Shown one piece after another: positions 33,859 to 36,395 of a DNA stretch of 36,395 bases; positions within the stretch are counted from its first letter, which is position 1; each line of letters begins with the position of its first letter. The notes under the pieces are model-generated. The model was not told the origin of the DNA. It did not search any database and saw only the letters and a program-made list of their open reading frames with translations. Made by a program: the position numbers and the translations under genes. The stretch spans positions 1 through 36,395 of the IMG/VR virus record IMGVR_UViG_3300033076_000590; one strand, written 5' to 3'. The stretch is from a virus (taxonomy: Duplodnaviria > Caudoviricetes).

Positions 33859-34239
33859 ATGGCAGTTACATACAACACCGCGACCAAGAACGCCCGCATG
33901 CAGGCGGTCGCTGACAACATCGACGGCGGCTCTGGCGCTGGCGTCATCGAGATCGGCACGGCCGGCATGGCCACAGTGCTCGCTCAGATCACCCTCGCAG
34001 ATCCCTGCGGCACGGTGTCAGGCGGTGTGCTGACGTTCTCCGGTTTCCCCCGCTCTGACACCAGCGCCAACGCTACTGGCGTGGCTGCTGCTGCCGTCAT
34101 CAAGGCCAGCGATGGCACTGTGGTGGTGAGTGGCTTGACTGTCGGCACGTCCGGCACTGACATCATTCTCGACACCACGGCCATCGACACCGGCGAGGTC
34201 GTCACGCTGAACAACGCCAGCATCACTGCCGCCGCCTGA
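33859..34239 (+). CDS. Small beta-rich virion protein
   Basis: AGGAG RBS, A/G/T/V-rich, D.SANATG.A..A.I...DG and VGTSG.D..L motifs. Confidence 0.7.
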   Translation: MAVTYNTATKNARMQAVADNIDGGSGAGVIEIGTAGMATVLAQITLADPCGTVSGGVLTFSGFPRSDTSANATGVAAAAVIKASDGTVVVSGLTVGTSGTDIILDTTAIDTGEVVTLNNASITAAA

Positions 34240-34251
34240 TAGGGGCCTGTC

Positions 34252-35193
34252 ATGGCGCAGTGGGACTCCGGAAGATGGGACGCGTCGTACTGGTCGGCGG
34301 TCGTCGGCACTATGGCCGCGACCGAGACGACCACGGACACGTTCGCCGCTACCGGAACCGTCGAAGTCAAAGGCTCGATGTCTGCGGTCGAAACGACCAC
34401 GGACACATTCTCAGCTGAAGGCACTGTCACCGTCACCGGGTACATGGCGGCGGTGGAGACGACCACCGACACGTTCTCTGCTGAAGGCGTTGTAACGGTC
34501 ACCGGGTACATGGCCGCCGTCGAGACGACGAGCGACGTGTTCTCTGCTGAAGGCACTGTGGCCGTCACCGGCAGCATGAACGCTGTCGAGACAACCAGCG
34601 ACACGTTTGAGGCGTATGGCCTGGTGCAAGTCGTTGGCTACATGGCCGCCGTTGAGACTGAGCCAGACACGTTCTCTGCGACTGGTGAAGTCACGCCAGT
34701 GGTCGCAGGCTACATGGCCGCGACTGAGACGACAGACGACACGTTCAGCGCCACCGGCACAGTCACGCCACAGCCTGCGCCACCGCCCCCAGTCATTGCA
34801 GACGTTGGCGACGAGCGCCAGCGCAAGAAGGCACAGAAGAAACGCGACGAGGCGTTTGCCAAGTACAAGCGCGAGCAAGAGAAGCTGCGCGAGACGATCG
34901 AGATCGCGATCGATCCTGCGAAAGCAAAGGCAGAGCCTGTCGTTGTGTCGCAGGGTAAGAAGACAGTCGAAGTGCTGTCCACGGACGGCAGCACGATCAC
35001 GATCGACGTGCCTCCACTGTTCACCGCAGAGGAGGTTGCGCGCTCGGTGTCCGAGGCCTTGTACCGCGCCAACATCGAGGCCATGCAGGTGGCACGACAA
35101 GAGGCAGAGAGGGCGCTTGCGATCGCTCGCTCAAACTTGGCACGGATAATTAAGCGCAGGCAGGACGATGAGTTTCTGCTTCTCATGGATTGA
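34252..35193 (+). CDS. Probable virion fibre/appendage protein with seven 22-aa tandem repeats
   Basis: G.MAA.ETT.DTFSA.G.V.V repeats, Pro linker, charged helical C-terminus ending DDEFLLLMD. Confidence 0.75.
   Translation: MAQWDSGRWDASYWSAVVGTMAATETTTDTFAATGTVEVKGSMSAVETTTDTFSAEGTVTVTGYMAAVETTTDTFSAEGVVTVTGYMAAVETTSDVFSAEGTVAVTGSMNAVETTSDTFEAYGLVQVVGYMAAVETEPDTFSATGEVTPVVAGYMAATETTDDTFSATGTVTPQPAPPPPVIADVGDERQRKKAQKKRDEAFAKYKREQEKLRETIEIAIDPAKAKAEPVVVSQGKKTVEVLSTDGSTITIDVPPLFTAEEVARSVSEALYRANIEAMQVARQEAERALAIARSNLARIIKRRQDDEFLLLMD
34303..34770 (+). repeat. Seven coding tandem repeats of about 66 bp
   Basis: Recurrent TACATGGC.GC.GT.GAGACGAC...CGACACGTTCTC.GC, in frame. Confidence 0.9.
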
Positions 35194-35198
35194 GGTAA

Positions 35199-35564
35199 AT
35201 GATGAACACAGCAGAGCAATTCGTTTCGATGGTGTTGCTGGCGCGAGATGCCGCACACCTGGCCCACTGGAAGACCAAGAGCTACGCCGAGCACAAGGCG
35301 TTGAATGAGTTCTACGACAGCGCGCTCGAGCTGATCGACGGTTTTGTCGAGCAGTACCAGGGCTACTACGGTGGCCGCATGGAGATCCGTCGCTCGGACA
35401 GCTCGATCCGCGAGAGCATCAAGGCGCTGCTCGAGGACCAGGCCGAGTGGATCGACAACAAGCGTTACAGCATCTGCTCGAAAGATGACACGGCTTTGCA
35501 GAACACGATCGACGAGATCGTGCGTCAGTACCAAAGCACGCTCTACATGCTGACGTTGGAGTAA
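35199..35564 (+). CDS. Dps/ferritin-like protein (DUF5856-type)
   Basis: AHLAHW.T.SYAEHKAL..FYD.....D.F.E.YQG.YG, L.N.IDEI and T.Y.L motifs. GAGGT RBS. Confidence 0.85.
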   Translation: MMNTAEQFVSMVLLARDAAHLAHWKTKSYAEHKALNEFYDSALELIDGFVEQYQGYYGGRMEIRRSDSSIRESIKALLEDQAEWIDNKRYSICSKDDTALQNTIDEIVRQYQSTLYMLTLE

Positions 35565-35567
35565 GAC

Positions 35568-36395
35568 ATGGACTACCAATCTGCCGTGAATGAGTTGCGC
35601 AATCGCGCACGCAAATTTGTTTCGCTCGATAGCCCGCAGGACTCTGACCTGGCTGACTTGGCGATCGACATCGGCGCTGGCTTTGTGCCTGTTGTTGGCA
35701 CTGCCACTGCAGGCCGCGACTTTGAGCGTGCACGCCGTGAAGGCGACGCGCTTGGCATGGGCCTCTCGAGCTTGGGCATGCTGCCTGTCGTTGGTGGTGT
35801 CACCGCCGGCGTGAACCGTTTGCGCAAGGGCGCAAAGGTGGCCGACAAGGCTGAGCCTGCGCTGCGCGAAGTGCTCGAGCAGGCATTGACGAAAGCCGAC
35901 GAGGCGCCTGCAGCGCTGGCCGGCTTTGGCAAGAAGAAAGCCAAAGAGGCAGCGCGCCAGAAGGAGATCGAGAAGGCCGTGGCCCAGGCAGACGCAAAGG
36001 CCGCGTTCACTGGCGCTGACGATGCTGTTGAAGAGGCCACCAAGAAGGTCGGCGGCCAACGCAAGAGCGGCGCGATCCCTGCGGACTTCTATCGCCAGAT
36101 GGAGAAGCAAGAAGGCGCAGCCGAAGTGTTGCGCGCTGCCAAGAAGGGCGAGCACATCCATCGCCGTGCAGACGGCTCGATCATCGGTGCACCTCGCCAC
36201 ATCACCAGCGGCGCAGGCCTTGGGGCAATGCGCAAGAGTTTGGACACGCAGTTCGATGAGGGCGTGAACGCACTCGAGTACGCAGACCCCTCACGCGTTG
36301 GCAACTGGTACGAGCGTGCGAAAGCAGGCCAGGCCGCGTCCAACGAGCCACACCAGCTCGATCGCTCGCTCGATGCCACTGCCGTGTATTCGGCC
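35568..36395 (+). CDS. 5' part of the 782-aa protein that continues at 1..1521 (missing from the ORF track)
   Basis: ATG at 35568 after GGAG, 276 open codons to the window end, in frame with base 1. Confidence 0.85.
   Translation, partial: MDYQSAVNELRNRARKFVSLDSPQDSDLADLAIDIGAGFVPVVGTATAGRDFERARREGDALGMGLSSLGMLPVVGGVTAGVNRLRKGAKVADKAEPALREVLEQALTKADEAPAALAGFGKKKAKEAARQKEIEKAVAQADAKAAFTGADDAVEEATKKVGGQRKSGAIPADFYRQMEKQEGAAEVLRAAKKGEHIHRRADGSIIGAPRHITSGAGLGAMRKSLDTQFDEGVNALEYADPSRVGNWYERAKAGQAASNEPHQLDRSLDATAVYSA

Larger units (their letters stand above)
1..36395. mobile_element. Complete circularly permuted temperate phage genome (podovirus-like Caudoviricetes)
   Basis: Packaging, head, tail, lysis, integration, immunity and replication modules are all present, with no host genes. 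attP is intact. An ORF reads in frame across the end/start junction. Confidence 0.93.

Noticed and set aside
34303-34770. CRISPR array (period about 66 bp)
   Set aside because: Whole units are similar, there are no unique spacers, and variation follows codon positions in an open frame.
34710-36200. 496-aa minus-strand ORF (likewise 6525..7787, 9670..10746, 10713..11726)
   Set aside because: Antisense shadows of well-supported plus-strand genes in GC-rich DNA, with no motifs or RBS.

Overview
The window looks like a complete, circularly permuted temperate phage genome of about 36.4 kb, roughly 60% GC by eye. The gene set is podovirus-like: no tape measure, P22/T7-type tail adaptor and nozzle, and ejection proteins. 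A freshwater betaproteobacterial host is plausible but is inference only. Circularity is visible in the sequence: an ORF starting at 35568 runs off the right end and continues in frame into 1..1521. The + strand carries terS, terL, portal, an accessory head cassette, scaffold, major capsid, tail, ejection proteins, fibres and lysis genes. These converge on an attP holding the 3' part of tRNA-Ser(CGA). The - strand carries a tyrosine integrase and an early operon (RuvC-like, HNH, Cas4-like exonuclease, lipoprotein, DUF669 SSB, Sak4-like ATPase, DUF3310). A CI/Cro-like switch, a primase-helicase and a repeat-rich candidate origin follow. The most interesting signals are: a 782-aa head-module protein combining a pre-toxin-like hydrophobic hairpin with a glycosylase-like domain; three structured non-coding RNA elements; one promoter/operator cassette present in three copies; an apparently non-cleavable repressor; and a KOW-like gene coupled to the integrase. 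All family assignments come from motif recognition by eye, with no database search.
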